A stretch of DNA of 64,000 bases from positions 1 to 64,000 of the forward strand of contig NW_021831838.1 of assembly GCF_006345805.1 (NCBI RefSeq), in the 5' to 3' direction. The DNA comes from Octopus sinensis. Lineage: Eukaryota. Positions 12,884 to 25,931 of the stretch are shown one piece after another. The position numbers and the translations under genes were made by a program. The first letter of the stretch is position 1. Each line of letters opens with the position of its first letter. The notes beneath the pieces were generated by a model. That model was not told the origin of the DNA, did no database searches, and saw only the letters and a program-made list of their open reading frames with translations.

Positions 12884-13368
12884 AAAGAAAATAAACAAAA
12901 CAATTTGAGTTGTCTCTGAAGATGGGAAATTCTCTCATGCATTGCGTTGAAGGAAATTAATCATAAGCATTTGAATGAAACCAAAATTGGAATCCATAGT
13001 CGCCAGAAGGTGCTCTTTAGAATTTGTATTTTTTCGCGATTCACTCAGCGCTTATCGTATGGGCAGTTAAGAAACGACAGACTAACTCAGTGATAAAGAT
13101 TTTCATATAGAAACAAAATTGAATAAGATGAATAAATAGATTAAATAAATGGATAAATAAATGTAGAGAAATGTTGCAGAAAAGAAAGAACCAGTTAAAA
13201 CATTTAGATTATGTTGCTGACAAAAGGTAGCTGAGTAATTTTGTGATGAGCATAAAATCTCTCTCTCTCTCTTTCTCCCTCCTTCACTCTTTACGTACGT
13301 ACATACCTATCTACTTACCTACCTATCAAGCTATATACCTACCTCTCTATTTGGCTGTCTGCCTTCTG

Positions 13369-13460
<92 letters not shown>

Positions 13461-13859
13461 GTCTGTGTCTGTCTGCCTTTCTGTCTGTCCGTCCCTCTGT
13501 CTGTCTGTCTGTCTATGTCTGTCTGTCTATGCCTATCTGTCTGTCTGTCTGTCTGTCTGCCTGTCTGTCTGTCTGTCTGTCTATCTATGTCTAAGATGTT
13601 ATTTGAAAGACCTTTGGTTGCTATTTTTAGTAGTTTCAGTGTTCGAATAGACCCTCCTTTATGCTTGCTGTAGTCACCAACTCTATAAGTTCTTGAATTT
13701 TGTCCCATTCGTTTTTGGTAGCCGCCCCATATTCTGATATGATTTATTGTTTAATGTTTTGGTTGTGTCATGTAGAATTGGCATTAGAATATTTAATGCA
13801 TTGAGTGAAGTCCGTTGCGTAGGAATCGTATTTTCTTACTTGTCTCAGTTATTGGATTG

Positions 13860-14010
13860 CAGTCATGCTGGGGTACCGCCTTGAAGGTGGTTAGTTGAAC
13901 AAATCGACCCCAGTACAATTTTTCTTGAAGCCAGGTATTTATTCTGTCGGCCTTAGTTATGCAAACCAATACCGGTCGTCAAGCGGTGGTTGAGGCCAAA
14001 CATAAGCACA
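13860..14010 (-). mobile_element. SINE family A, degenerate 3' half
   Basis: TGCAGTCATGCTGGGGTACCGCCTT...AAATCGACCCCAGTAC is the reverse complement of the family A 3' region. Confidence 0.65.
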
Positions 14011-14644
14011 AAGACCCACAAACATTTCCTGCACCTATATATTTGATTTTGCTTTGCTAAAGCGTAATGATTGGAGGAAGGGAGATTAGAGAAAAAGAGA
14101 GACAAATGACGTCATAGGTAATTATGTCGTAGCAACAAAATTTGAAAATTTAACTTCCCAATTCATTTCTACGTTCTTCGAGAGTTAAGTCGCAAAAATC
14201 AACCAAACCAGAATTTTAAATCTGAATAGAATGCAGAAGAAAACAAAATTCCCGATGAACCATACATATGCATCAACATATTAATTAAAAGACAAACCTT
14301 ACGATAAAAGAGTAAAACTACATATTCTATATGATAAATCACAGAAACGCCATCCTGTGGAATTATTAAAGCATTATGTTTTAATGCTGTCCTTTCCTCA
14401 CCACATAACTATTTTTAAATAGGATTTATTTATGTTTACTGTATTGATTATGTTAACATTAACTTAACTATTGTTTCTCGTACAGCTGATGGCGTCTCAG
14501 AGTAGTTAACTCTGTGGTGAGGAAAACATACATACCAAAACATATGCATACACTTGCACAGATACAGACATATATATACATATACATGCCTGTCTGCTTG
14601 TCTGTCGATCTGTCTGTCTGTTTCTCTGTATGTACGAACCCCCT

Positions 14645-14675
<31 letters not shown>

Positions 14676-14698
14676 ATCTATCTACATACATACATACA

Positions 14699-14729
<31 letters not shown>

Positions 14730-15009
14730 TTACCTACGTACCTACATATATACATACATACACACCTACCTACCTACCTACCTACCTACCTACCTACCTA
14801 CATACATACATACATACATACATACATACTACATACATACATACTTACCTACGTACCTACATATACACATACATACACACCTACCTACCTACTTACCTTT
14901 CTACCTACCTATATACATACATACATACATACATACATACATACATACATACATACATACATACATACATACATACGTACATACATACGTACATACATAC
15001 ATATATACA

Positions 15010-15230
15010 TAATGGACTCTCCCATCGTTAGTCGACGTGTGAGGGTTCGACACTTTCTTACCGAATATCGACATTACCTGTACAGGTGCAACGCGTACCA
15101 CATGTCAGATGTCGAAATGATCGCAGAGCAACATGAAACGAAGTGCTTTGCTCAAGAAAACAACGCAGCGCCTAGTCTGGGAATCGGACCCACGATCTTA
15201 CAAGCATGATTGCAATACCTTCGCCTAAGC
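15010..15230 (-). mobile_element. tRNA-derived SINE family C
   Basis: GATCGCAGAGCAACATGAAACGAAGTGCTTTGCTCAAGAAAACAACGCA...GGGAATCGGACC; B-box on minus strand; homologous to 51165-51458. Confidence 0.7.
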
Positions 15231-15281
15231 TATGTATGTATGTATGTATGTATGTATGTATGTATGATGTATGTATGTATG

Positions 15282-15313
<32 letters not shown>

Positions 15314-15379
15314 TGTATGTATGTATTACATATTTGTACACCACCTGTCTTCGTCTTTGTTTTTTTCGTAAACTCTCCC

Positions 15380-15529
<150 letters not shown>

Positions 15530-15884
15530 TAGATAGATAGATATATACACATACGGATACATATGAATGCTTGTATACATACGCACACAAGTAAGTATAT
15601 ACATAAATACACACTTATATGCATGTATCCATCCTTCCTTCCTCCCTTCGTTCGTTCGTTCGTTCGTTCGTTCGTTCGTTCGTTCGTTCCTTCCTTCCTT
15701 CCTCCAGGAAGATACTCGATACACAGAATTAAACAGTTTTTTTTTTAACGTTATTTCTCTGAAATTACAATTTTAAAAATGATTTTTAATAATTGTTTTA
15801 AGTATTTTAGATGTTTCCCAAACTGGTTGTTATTTAGTAACTGATGATCGCATAACAGCCAGGTTGAGAAACAGTTTTCGAAGG

Positions 15885-16040
15885 CTTTTAATCGATTGTA
15901 TTGATTCCAGTATATATGTTTGGTATTTATTTTATCGATATGTTAAGGTCGAACGGTTATATTGACTGAGCATAAGGCTATGTAATCAAAACAAGAAAAC
16001 GTCAGAAAGTTTCACGCATCCTTTCGCAACACACACAGCT
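15885..16040 (+). repeat. Dispersed repeat, second copy at about 19232-19395
   Basis: TTTTAATCGATTGTATTGATTCCAGTA...GGTCGAACGGTTATATYGACTGAGCATAA shared by both loci. Confidence 0.7.
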
Positions 16041-16090
16041 ATATCATCGATCCATCGATCCATCCATCCACATACACATATATATATATA

Positions 16091-16261
16091 GGCACAGGCG
16101 TGGCTGTGTGTTAAGAAACTCCCAACCACATGGTTCCGGGTTCAGTCCCACTGCATGGCACTTTGGGCAAGTGCCTTCTACTATAACCTCGGATTATAGA
16201 CCAAAGCCTTGTGACTGGATTTGGTAGATAGAAACTGAAAGAAGCCTGTCTATATATATTA

Positions 16262-16340
<79 letters not shown>

Positions 16341-16350
16341 CATATATAAG

Positions 16351-16384
<34 letters not shown>

Positions 16385-16437
16385 TATATATAATATAATA
16401 TATATATTGCATGTATATATATATGTATGTATGTATG

Positions 16438-16471
<34 letters not shown>

Positions 16472-16997
16472 TGTATGTATGTATGTATGTATAATTTACG
16501 ATGAAAGTAAACAAAGTTTGTTTTAGAAGCGTTGAGATGTATTGAAATGTTTTTTTTATTCAGTATCTTTTATATATATATATATATATATATTATTACA
16601 TTATATAAAAGGGCTTAGTAAAATAAATTACTTTGCCGTATACTGAACTCATTAGAATAGCAGCTAAAAAAACTTTTTAAAACTATTTTCTAATACTTAA
16701 AGAAAACCTCTCTCATATAGTGTTTGCTCATTCAACTCACGCAAATATGGTACCCCATATTTGCGTGAGTTGAATGAGCAAACACTATATGAGGAGAGGT
16801 TTTCTTTAAGTATTAGAAATAGTTTAAAAAAGTTTTTTTAGCTGCTATTTCTAATGAGTTCAGTATACGGCAAAGTAATTTATTTTACTAAGCCTTTTAT
16901 ATAATGTAATAATTTGAATTCGCCTTAAATGGTCCCTTTGCATACTGAATACTTGGTGAAATTGATTAATAATTAATTTTACCCTCAATTGTTGAAA

Positions 16998-17037
<40 letters not shown>

Positions 17038-17240
17038 GTATGTATATATATATGTTTGTATGTCTGTGTTTATCCATCCACCATCGCTTGATAACCGATG
17101 TTCGTGTGTCTACGTCCCCGTAACTTAGCGATTCGGCAAAAAGAGTCCGATAGAATAAGTACTAGTACTGGGGTCGGTTTTTTCGACTAAAGGTGGTGCT
17201 TCAGCATGGCCACAGTCAAGTGACCGACACAAGAAAAGAG
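16091..17240 (+). mobile_element. SINE family A split by an expanded internal microsatellite that contains a long palindrome
   Basis: tRNA-like head (A-box TGGCTGTGTG, B-box GGTTCAGTCCC) at 16091-16250; 3' half (CCACCATCGCTTGATAACCGATG...CAGCATGGCCACAGTCAAGTGAC) at about 17055-17240. Confidence 0.8.
16592..16913. repeat. Long inverted repeat: 159-bp arms, 4-nt loop
   Basis: 16592-16750 is the reverse complement of 16755-16913 apart from about four 1-nt indels and one substitution in simple runs; centre ATATGG-TACC-CCATAT. Confidence 0.95.
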
Positions 17241-17967
17241 GATTTTTTTTATTACCCACAAAGGGCTGTACACAGAATGGGACAATACAAACAAGGCAAA
17301 CATAAACTTGGGGAACTCAAAATAAAAGAAACTAAAGAATTAAAGAAAATCGAATGAGACAAGAAAAGAATACACACACACATACACACACACACACACA
17401 CACATACACACACATACACACATATGTAGGTATTGATGTGATAGTTAAATAATCCATTAAATTTATAACATAGCTGCTTGCAGTTTATCGGAATTAAAAA
17501 GAAAAAGAAAAAATGCAAAAAGAAAAAGACCCGATTCCTAGTGGACACAACAAAGTGTATATATATATAGTCGTACATATTTACACAGGGAACCACATAA
17601 ATATATGCCTATGAGTTCGTGTATTTGTCGATTTATGTACACACGCTAAGACACATACGCTTGCACACGAGCATCCCAACATCTATGTGTTTAGGTGTAT
17701 GTGCAAATCTTTGTTTAAATAAATGGAGGAAAGAGTAGATATTTGGCGCGATAGACAGAAATTGCACACAAAAAGCACAAAGAATTTAATAGAGAAGAAA
17801 AGAACAAAAAAAGAAAAGTGTGTAAAATATTGTGTTCAATAATGTTTTCTACGTCGTTGTGTACAAATCTTGATTCACACATATAACTAAATTACTTCCC
17901 TAATTATCTCCCTTAGCTATCGACGTTGCTTCCATTTTTTTAATTCATGTCTTTCTTTCTTTCTTTC

Positions 17968-18010
<43 letters not shown>

Positions 18011-18342
18011 CAATAAGGCAATAATTAAATTAAGAATAGTTTCCAATTTACGAATAACAGAATTCCTGAGAAATTGCCACTTCGCATATAATATTACTTC
18101 TTGAGATTAATGTTAATCCAACTACATCTAGCCAGACAAACAGCAAAAATGGTTTATAAGGGACTTCATGTATTTGCTGCTGTACTGGGACAACGGTGAT
18201 TGAGTACAACACCACCTGGAGGAAATAATGGGACGCATTCATCTCTAAACGCAATTTCTGGATGCGAATCATAGTTGGAGCAAAACATGCGTTCGTGGCA
18301 TGCATGCACTCTAGCTCTCTCTCTCTCTCACGCACGCACGCG

Positions 18343-18402
<60 letters not shown>

Positions 18403-18459
18403 GTGTCATATGACGCAGAGTTGTCAGACGATAAGAAATATTATAAATATAGACACATA

Positions 18460-18906
18460 GGCGCAGGAGTGGCTGTGTGGTATGTAGCTTGCTAACCAAC
18501 CACATGGTTCCGGGTTCAGTCCCACTGCGTGGCATCTTGGGCAAGTGTCTTCTGCTATGGCCCCGGGCGACCAATGCCTTGTGAGTGGATTTGGTAGACG
18601 GAAACTGAAAGAAGCTGTCGTATATATGTATATATATAATTATATATATATATTATATATATATAATATATATAATATATATGTGTGTGGTCTGTGTGTG
18701 TGTGTATGTGTGTCTGTGTTTGTCCCCCTAGCATTGCTTGACAACCGATGCTGGTGTGTTTACGTCCCCGTCACTTAGCGGTTCGGCAAAAGAGACCGAT
18801 AGAATAAGTACTGGGCTTACAAAGAATAAGTCCCGGGGTCGATTTGCTCGACTAAAGGCGGTGCTCCAGCATGGCCGCAGTCAAATGACTGAAACAAGTA
18901 AAAGAG
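18460..18906 (+). mobile_element. Full-length tRNA-derived SINE family A
   Basis: GGCGCAGGAGTGGCTGTGTGG (A-box), GGTTCAGTCCC (B-box), internal (TA)/(TG) tract, 3' end CAGCATGGCCGCAGTCAAATGACTGAAACAAGTAAAAGA. Confidence 0.9.
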
Positions 18907-19119
18907 TAAAAAAGAGAAAAGAGTATAGACAGACACAGGACACGTAAAAAATATCATCCATATACACTGAAAATGTATATATACTTAGCTCCCCACAAAT
19001 TATACACACACGCTTGGACACATACAGACACACGTATGTATACATGTCTGTCTGCGTGTCTGAATATCTGTATGTTTCTCTCTCTGTTTCTCTGTCTCTT
19101 TGTATGTTCACCTTTGTAC

Positions 19120-19180
<61 letters not shown>

Positions 19181-20099
19181 TACACACACACACACACGCA
19201 CACACATCTATGATGGGGAACAATCAAAGGATTTTAATCGATTGTATTGATTCCAGTACATATGTCTGGTATTTATTCTATCGATATCCCATGGTCGAAC
19301 GGTTATATCGACTGAGCATAAAGCAACGTTATCAGAAAGTCAGAGAAAAGTCACAAGGTTTGACGCATCCTTCCACAACACACTCACGCAGCTACATCCA
19401 TCCAGCCAGCCATCCATCCATCCATCCATCCGTTCGTCCGTCCGTCTGTCTGTCCGTCTATCCATCCATCCATCCATCCATCCATCCATCCATCCATCCA
19501 TACATACATACATACATACATACATACATACACACACACATACATACATACATACATACATACATACATACATACATACATACATACGCATATTCATATA
19601 TACGCACACACACACACACACACACATACACACACACACATGCACACACACATACATATATATACACTTACATACAGACTTGGCGCCTTCAACATGAGAC
19701 GTGCAGGCGTTAAGGACTGTTTAAAATGCCTTGGTTTTGAACGTTTTCTTCAACAATTATGCCGACTCCTCCAGCTTAAATTAGTAACTGGTTTATTTCT
19801 TCAGTAATTAATAAGATACACACCTTTTACTTATCATCGTAGCATTATTCAGAAGGGATTACAGAAATATATCTTATACTACGCAGAATTCTGCTCGTAC
19901 GAACACGGCTGACGCTAGTAACACCACCACCAACGCAAATTTTATTACGTCCGTAAGCTATTTATTAAGACGCAAGTAAATCTAATTTTATTTGGAATTT
20001 TGAATTTACATTGAAACCAAGGCCTTCTTTAGAACTCGTGATAACCATTCTGTTGGCTATAGGAAGCGGTTAAAAAATACCGGGCGCGGAGCTTATTCC

Positions 20100-21110
20100 A
20101 ACTTAGCTTTGCAGCAAGGCAGCTTCGACAAGTACATTTCTTTGAAGAACAGCTTGCTTTCGCGATTGATAATCGATCTTTTCAAGGAACTTAGAACCGG
20201 CCACAATCTGCTACAAGAGTTCGAAAACAATGTAGACAAATTGCTGCTGGCATCACCAAATTTTCATATTTTTCTATTTGTAACTGATTCGGCAGAGACG
20301 ACTGTGGAATATATCCAACTTAGAAACATTCCGAAGCCACAGATCGGAAAAAAAAACAAAAAAACTCTTCTACTTTTTGAAGACTATCATTGAGCGACAA
20401 GCCATTCTTAATAAGATTGCAGGAAAATCTAACTGCTCTAATGTTGGAAATTATCGACCATGCTGTTAGGGAACTCATAGAATCATGTGATAATAATAAT
20501 AATTGGACAATTAATATCTTCATATACACAACTGCTATCATTCTTAAAGATCATCTTGGAGAAATCTTCAGTATACATGGTAATAAAATTACTAAGCGGA
20601 AGCAACCTAGATGGAAAACAAAAGTTGAAGAGCCCATTAACGATATGGGCTGCCATATTGATTGGTTAACCACGATAATAAAATGTAAGGGAAAATAAGT
20701 TCACGTCTTACCAAATACATTTTACGCAAATATCAATAAAACTTTACGGTAGCTCTTCCCACCAAACTTTTGAGGGAAAACTAATTACTCTCAGGTACGA
20801 GCCAAAGACACTAAGCGAAAATCTTTGCTACCGTAGGAGAATTTTTGTGCGATCCAGTATAAGTTATAAGTTTGCTTCCAACCCACAGGAATTATGCGAA
20901 GAAATGAGAAAGAAAAACATTACAATTAAGAAAGCTCTCTCTCAAAAAAGGTCTTGAATCATTCTGGTCTAAGATCTGGAATAAAAAGGAGAGATTTCAA
21001 CCTTAATGCAATATAATTAGGAAAGAATACTGGACCAACATCGACCCTAAAAACATGCACAGTTGACTCAGAAACGTTCACTATTGCTGTAGACAAAGGA
21101 AAGCACCTGA
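20100..21110 (+). mobile_element. Degraded non-LTR retrotransposon ORF fragment, R4/Dong-like
   Basis: Broken frames give WTINIFIYTTAIIL...KQPRWKTKVEEPINDMGCHIDWLTTI and FASNPQELCEEMRKKNITIK...ESFWSKIWNK, resembling the pre-RT region of R4/Dong-clade elements. Confidence 0.55.
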
Positions 21111-23759
21111 AAGAGACCTAATAGTTGACTATTGGACCAAGAGGCAGACATTTTATAGAAAACCATTAATATGTACACTCAGAATGATCATTGTGAGTAA
21201 GCTCGGGTTTTCAGGATAAGCTCGGGTTTTAAGAAAAAGAAATCAGCAAGCTAAATTGCACATCATAAATGCATTTTGTATGCGGAACAGTAAAAATATG
21301 CAAGACTTTCTCATGTTTAAAAGGTGAATTTCTTTTATCTACATTCCAACGATAGATCTTTGTATCTTTGCTAGAAGCCAGATCTTTCCTTACGTTATCT
21401 CAGATAATGATTTAAAATAGAAAAGAACATGCATACGCGTGTGTGTGTGTGTGTGTATCTACACACGCAAATAACCCAGGGGATTCTGCTCTGTTTCCGT
21501 TTATTAAATTTTTATCACAACGTCTTGGTTGAGGTGTTGGTTTATTAGAAAACTCATGCGACATCGAACTCTGAACCGCACTGCCACGCCAGCATAATTT
21601 CTACAATTTATAGAAAATTAAGTTTTAAATCTTCACCTTCGGCCTATTTCCAACATTTCCAAACAAATCTGGAACGCATTTTCGTGATAACAATTGAGAT
21701 ATTTGACAGCCTGTGTATAAGAATATGACAAAATATTCGGCCAGCCGATTAGCAAGACATCCATTCAACCAACTGTACAATTTGTCTTCTTGTCCACTTG
21801 TATGTATCGGATGATTTGTAAAGGTCCGAACAGTCTTGGAATTAATTTCATACTGGCTACACTTGAGTATCCAGCGGTCATTATGATTGTATATCTTGAC
21901 CAAATAATATTTTTGTTGTTGCTAATCGGTACATCTTGAATGTTTATCTGTCCGGAATCGTATTTAAATGAAAGGCGGTATTGATGTAATGTCGCACGCT
22001 TTGTTGAAAATAGCTTCTGAATAAGAGAATAACTGAGTTGGGGTAATTCTGTTGACATAATAACAGAGGTAGTTTAATTTACTTGACAGAATAACAGATG
22101 CTAGATGGGTTAATTCCGATAGCGGAATATTGAAGTGGGTTCATTTTCTTGACAGAAGGAGGAATAATTTGGATGGCAGAACTCAGAATGGTAGCTTTGG
22201 TGACAGCATAGAGACGTTTCGCTTATTTCTTATGAAAGAACACAATAGTATGAGTGTGAGGGAGGAAGGGAGCGTTGAATCTAGTGATATAAAGACGTGT
22301 TGGATTAATTCGCGTGACAGAAATGCAGAAGTCGGTAAAATTACTAATCATGACAGAACACAAATTTAGGATACATTTGTTTTTGTGGGAAAAGGCAGAT
22401 AGAGGTTAATACTTACAAATACTATGTTCCTTTTACCTAAACCCATCCAATACACTCACTTCTTCTTCTGCCATTATGACCACTATATTTTATTTACAGT
22501 AATCCATACTGAACATTTTCCCATGATTCCAGTCAAACGAATCATTCAGTTAAAAATTTCTAATCAGCTACTGGATAGACGATTAGTATTGCAGTCCAAT
22601 ACACAGTGACCGTCTCTGAATTAATGTAAAATATAATTGTAGAGATTTAGTTGTTAGGTAGATGCAGCACCGGATTAACCATTAAGCAAAATTAGCACGT
22701 GCTTAGGGCATCAAGGGAAGCGGGGTACCACAGAGATGGCAAATGGTTTATGATACAAAGAGAATCACTCTAAACTTGCCAAAATGATATAATTTTGAAG
22801 TGTTCACGGTGTCATAGTGAGAATCTAATCAAAGACTTTGCTATTACCAAAAAGTAGGAGAAAACTTATCAAGTATAAATAAAGTGGAAGTATACAAAAA
22901 TAATCATTATTTTCAATCTCACTGTTAATTTTGTCTAATTTTGAAAAATAAATATTTATTTTATGGTGTATTATTATTTGTATTTCGAATTACATATATA
23001 TGGGTCACCCAAATCATTTAAGTGATTGGGGCCTCTATGGGTCTTAATCTGGTCTTAGGAAGATGGCCTGCTTTTTACATCGGTTGATAATCAGGCGTCT
23101 ATTTGCAACAGGAAGCTTTGTAAAATAAGAAACGTAGAATTAAATGTACTGTTCAAGTTCACGACATAGCACCAGCATTGCTAGAAGTCCAGTATTATAG
23201 GAAAATGATCATTTCATTTTTACTGCAGAGATCAAAATAGTAGACTCATGCGGTTGGAGTAGCCAAAGCATTGTTTGAAATAACTTCATACATCGGTAGA
23301 GTCGGTTTTTTAAAATTAATATAATTATTTAATTATAGGACAATAACTTTAAAGTTTCGATGTGTGTAGTTCTTAATTCAGACTGTAATAATTTTGGTAG
23401 CCTACATTGAGTCAAGTATCTGTGAATTCTGTGGAAGTAGGTTGATAGAATGACGAAATACATGGGAAAGGAAAAGTGACTGTCCATAACTAAGGTCCTT
23501 GTCATGAACGGTTAAGTTTCACAACGAACCCAGCAATATGAGTAAAAGTTACGATCCCCTAATGCCGAACTTGATTTAAAGAGGATGTGATATCGATATC
23601 TACATTTATGAATTTGTTTTGCAAGATTCCTGATGTGAAATCGTGTATTGAAAAAGATATATTTTGGGATGGTTATTTTTTTTCTTGCCAAATAAACACA
23701 CGCACCATATATTCGTCCACCACTCGTTTATTATTGTTCTTATTTTATCTTATGTCCAT

Positions 23760-23803
23760 TGTCTGGAAATCTTTCGTTACACATCTGTGACCTCTTCAGC
23801 AAC
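23760..23803 (-). ncRNA. Type I hammerhead ribozyme motif, compact
   Basis: Minus strand: ttg-CTGAAGA-GGTCAC-AGAT-GTGTAAC-GAAAG-AT-TTC^cag; intact cores, imperfect stem II, 3-bp stem I, stem III one change from palindrome AGATCT. Confidence 0.5.
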
Positions 23804-24324
23804 TCACCCATCCCACGTGTACCTCCCGTTCTGTTTAGTCCATCCTTTACTAGGAAAGTGATTTTTGTCATACAAAATATTACATCTATATGAGCTACCG
23901 GATGACACATTCAGAGCAATAATTATTGTTCTGAATAAACAGAGGCTGAGTGATATTCAACAGGGTGAAAAAAAATCCTTTTCTGGTTATTAGAGCCAAG
24001 AATTCTCTGTGGAGATTGTAACAACATAATTTTGAAATTGTTCTAGAATAAGGAAGGAAATAAATTCTATAAATTTATTCGAAAATTTTACTTTCACCGT
24101 CCGTCCTTCAGCCCACCCGTCTTTCTGTCTGTCTGTCTGTCTGTCTCCCTCTCTCTCTCTTCCAGCTCTCTACCACTCATACATATACACACGTTATAAA
24201 TTCATTATTAGTATGTAGTTTGATTTCCTCTCTCACTCATCCCTCCTCTTCTATCACTAACCGCTCTTTTCCATTTCTGGTTGTATCTCTCTCTCTTTGT
24301 ACACACACGCATGCGCCCATGTAT

Positions 24325-24585
24325 TTATGTATGTATGTATGCATGCATGCATGTATGTATGTATGTATGTATGTATGTATGTATGTATGTATGTATGAAT
24401 GAATGCATGTATGTATGTATGTATGTATGCATGTATGTATGTATGTATGTATGTATGTATGTATGTATGTATGTATGTATGTATGTATGAATGTATGTAT
24501 GTATGTATGTATGCATGTATGTATGTATGTATGTATGTATGTATGTATGTATGTATGAATGTATGTATGTATGTATACGAATATA
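24325..24585 (+). repeat. (ATGT)n microsatellite
   Basis: Tandem tetranucleotide repeat seen directly. Confidence 0.95.
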
Positions 24586-24714
24586 TGAAATGACAATCCC
24601 GAAATATAACTATATAATTAACTATGTATGTATGAATGTATGTCTCTTATATTTTTTAATTATTATAAATCTTCCCCTGAGGAGGGAGCCGGTTTTCAAC
24701 AAAGATACAAGGCT

Positions 24715-25075
24715 CCATCAATAGTCGTGGCTCAACCGCCGAACTCTGTCGCGTAAACAGCGTGCGACCATTGTAAGGCCAACTCAGTTCCAAAACGAAA
24801 ACGATTCTACATGCAGCGTTGGGGGTACCCAAGTCACATTAAAGGACACGGTCTCTAACGAACGTAGTTGAGTCACGTGACGTTGGGTTGCTGACACGGT
24901 TGGGAATCAATAGTCATGGCTCAACCTTGCACTCCTTCGAGTAAACACCGTATGATCATTGTGGGGACAACTCACCTCCCAAACGAAAACAATTCTGCAT
25001 GGAGCATTCAGGCATACAAGGTCACATTAAGGACACGGCCTCTAGCTAACGTGGTTGGGTCTTAGACACCATAAA
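24715..25075 (+). repeat. Diverged tandem duplication, period about 189 bp
   Basis: TCAATAGTCRTGGCTCAACC recurs at about 24718 and 24907; AAACGAAAAC.ATTCT.CATG and GTCACATTAA.GGACACGG recur with similar offsets. Confidence 0.8.
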
Positions 25076-25152
25076 TTAGTTGGCTAATCTACATGTGATA
25101 TTTCGGTTTGTAATCGATAGCTGAAGAATATTTGTATAGGTTTCGTCTATGC

Positions 25153-25371
25153 CAGTGGTTTTCAACCAGTGTTCCGCGGAACCTTAGGGTTCCGCCAGTA
25201 CAGTTCAGGGGTTCCGCAAGAAGTTACAAAACTGCTAAAATCGGCAGTAATTTTTAATTCTCCTGTGCAGATATGTATGCATAAGACTAATAAATTATTG
25301 CACAGGGGTTCCCCGAGCCAGTGGAATGTTTCCTTGGGGTTCCGCTCCAGCAAAAAGTTTGAAAAGCACTG
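25153..25371. mobile_element. hAT-superfamily MITE with 8-bp target-site duplication
   Basis: TIRs CAGTGGTTTTCAA / TTGAAAAGCACTG; perfect TSD GTCTATGC at 25145-25152 and 25372-25379. Confidence 0.9.
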
Positions 25372-25931
25372 GTCTATGCTTAGAACGAAGACTTTAATAC
25401 TGAAACTAAAAGAAAATAGCTGAATAGTTGCTCAGGATTTAAATATATTAGTATATTTTTCATTATAAACATAGTGCGTTCCAAGCGGTTTTTATTCCAA
25501 CAATTACTACCTAAGGTAGTACGGGAACAGGCTATTATTGCTACCACTTAGACAACGCAGTTTGAAGTCTACATTGGTTAATCCATTTAATACAACCTTC
25601 TTATATAATTTCAGTAGCTGTTTTTTCCAGTTGGAACAGAAGCAATGGATTGACCATGCGGACAGTCGTAGGTACCTCAAGAAAGAGGGTTTTCTGCCCC
25701 CAGAAGCCCCATTACTCACTATATGAAAAATTTTAAGAGTCTAAAGCCATCTCTGGAACATAAGTAGTGTATGTTCCCAGGTTGGAGAAAATCAGTTACG
25801 AACTTCAGAATTTCTGCGGGTTTACACACGCACACACATCCTCAGGTTTATACATATACATATAGATATGTGTGTGTGTATGCGTGTGTGTATGTGTATG
25901 TGTAAAATTACAATTATATAAATTATCTATA

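Noticed and set aside
14486-14516. 31-nt segment with good acceptor and donor signals
   Set aside because: Stop codons in all three frames; no support for an exon without transcript data.
15841-15880. CTGATGA-TC...GA-GAAAC-A-GTT
   Set aside because: Only 2 bp each in stems I and II, and a stronger competing hairpin (TGGTTGTTAT/ATAACAGCCA) spans the core.
18460-18540. tRNA-like sequences with A and B boxes (also 16091, 25932, 34392)
   Set aside because: No complete cloverleaf or acceptor stem; they run into repeated SINE bodies, so they are SINE heads, not tRNA genes.
23341-23385. GAAAC-TTTAAA-GTT palindrome with a 4-bp stem I (minus); similar weak cases near 2080, 4265 and 44045
   Set aside because: 5' core too far from CUGANGA and stem II minimal; cannot be separated from chance in AT-rich DNA.
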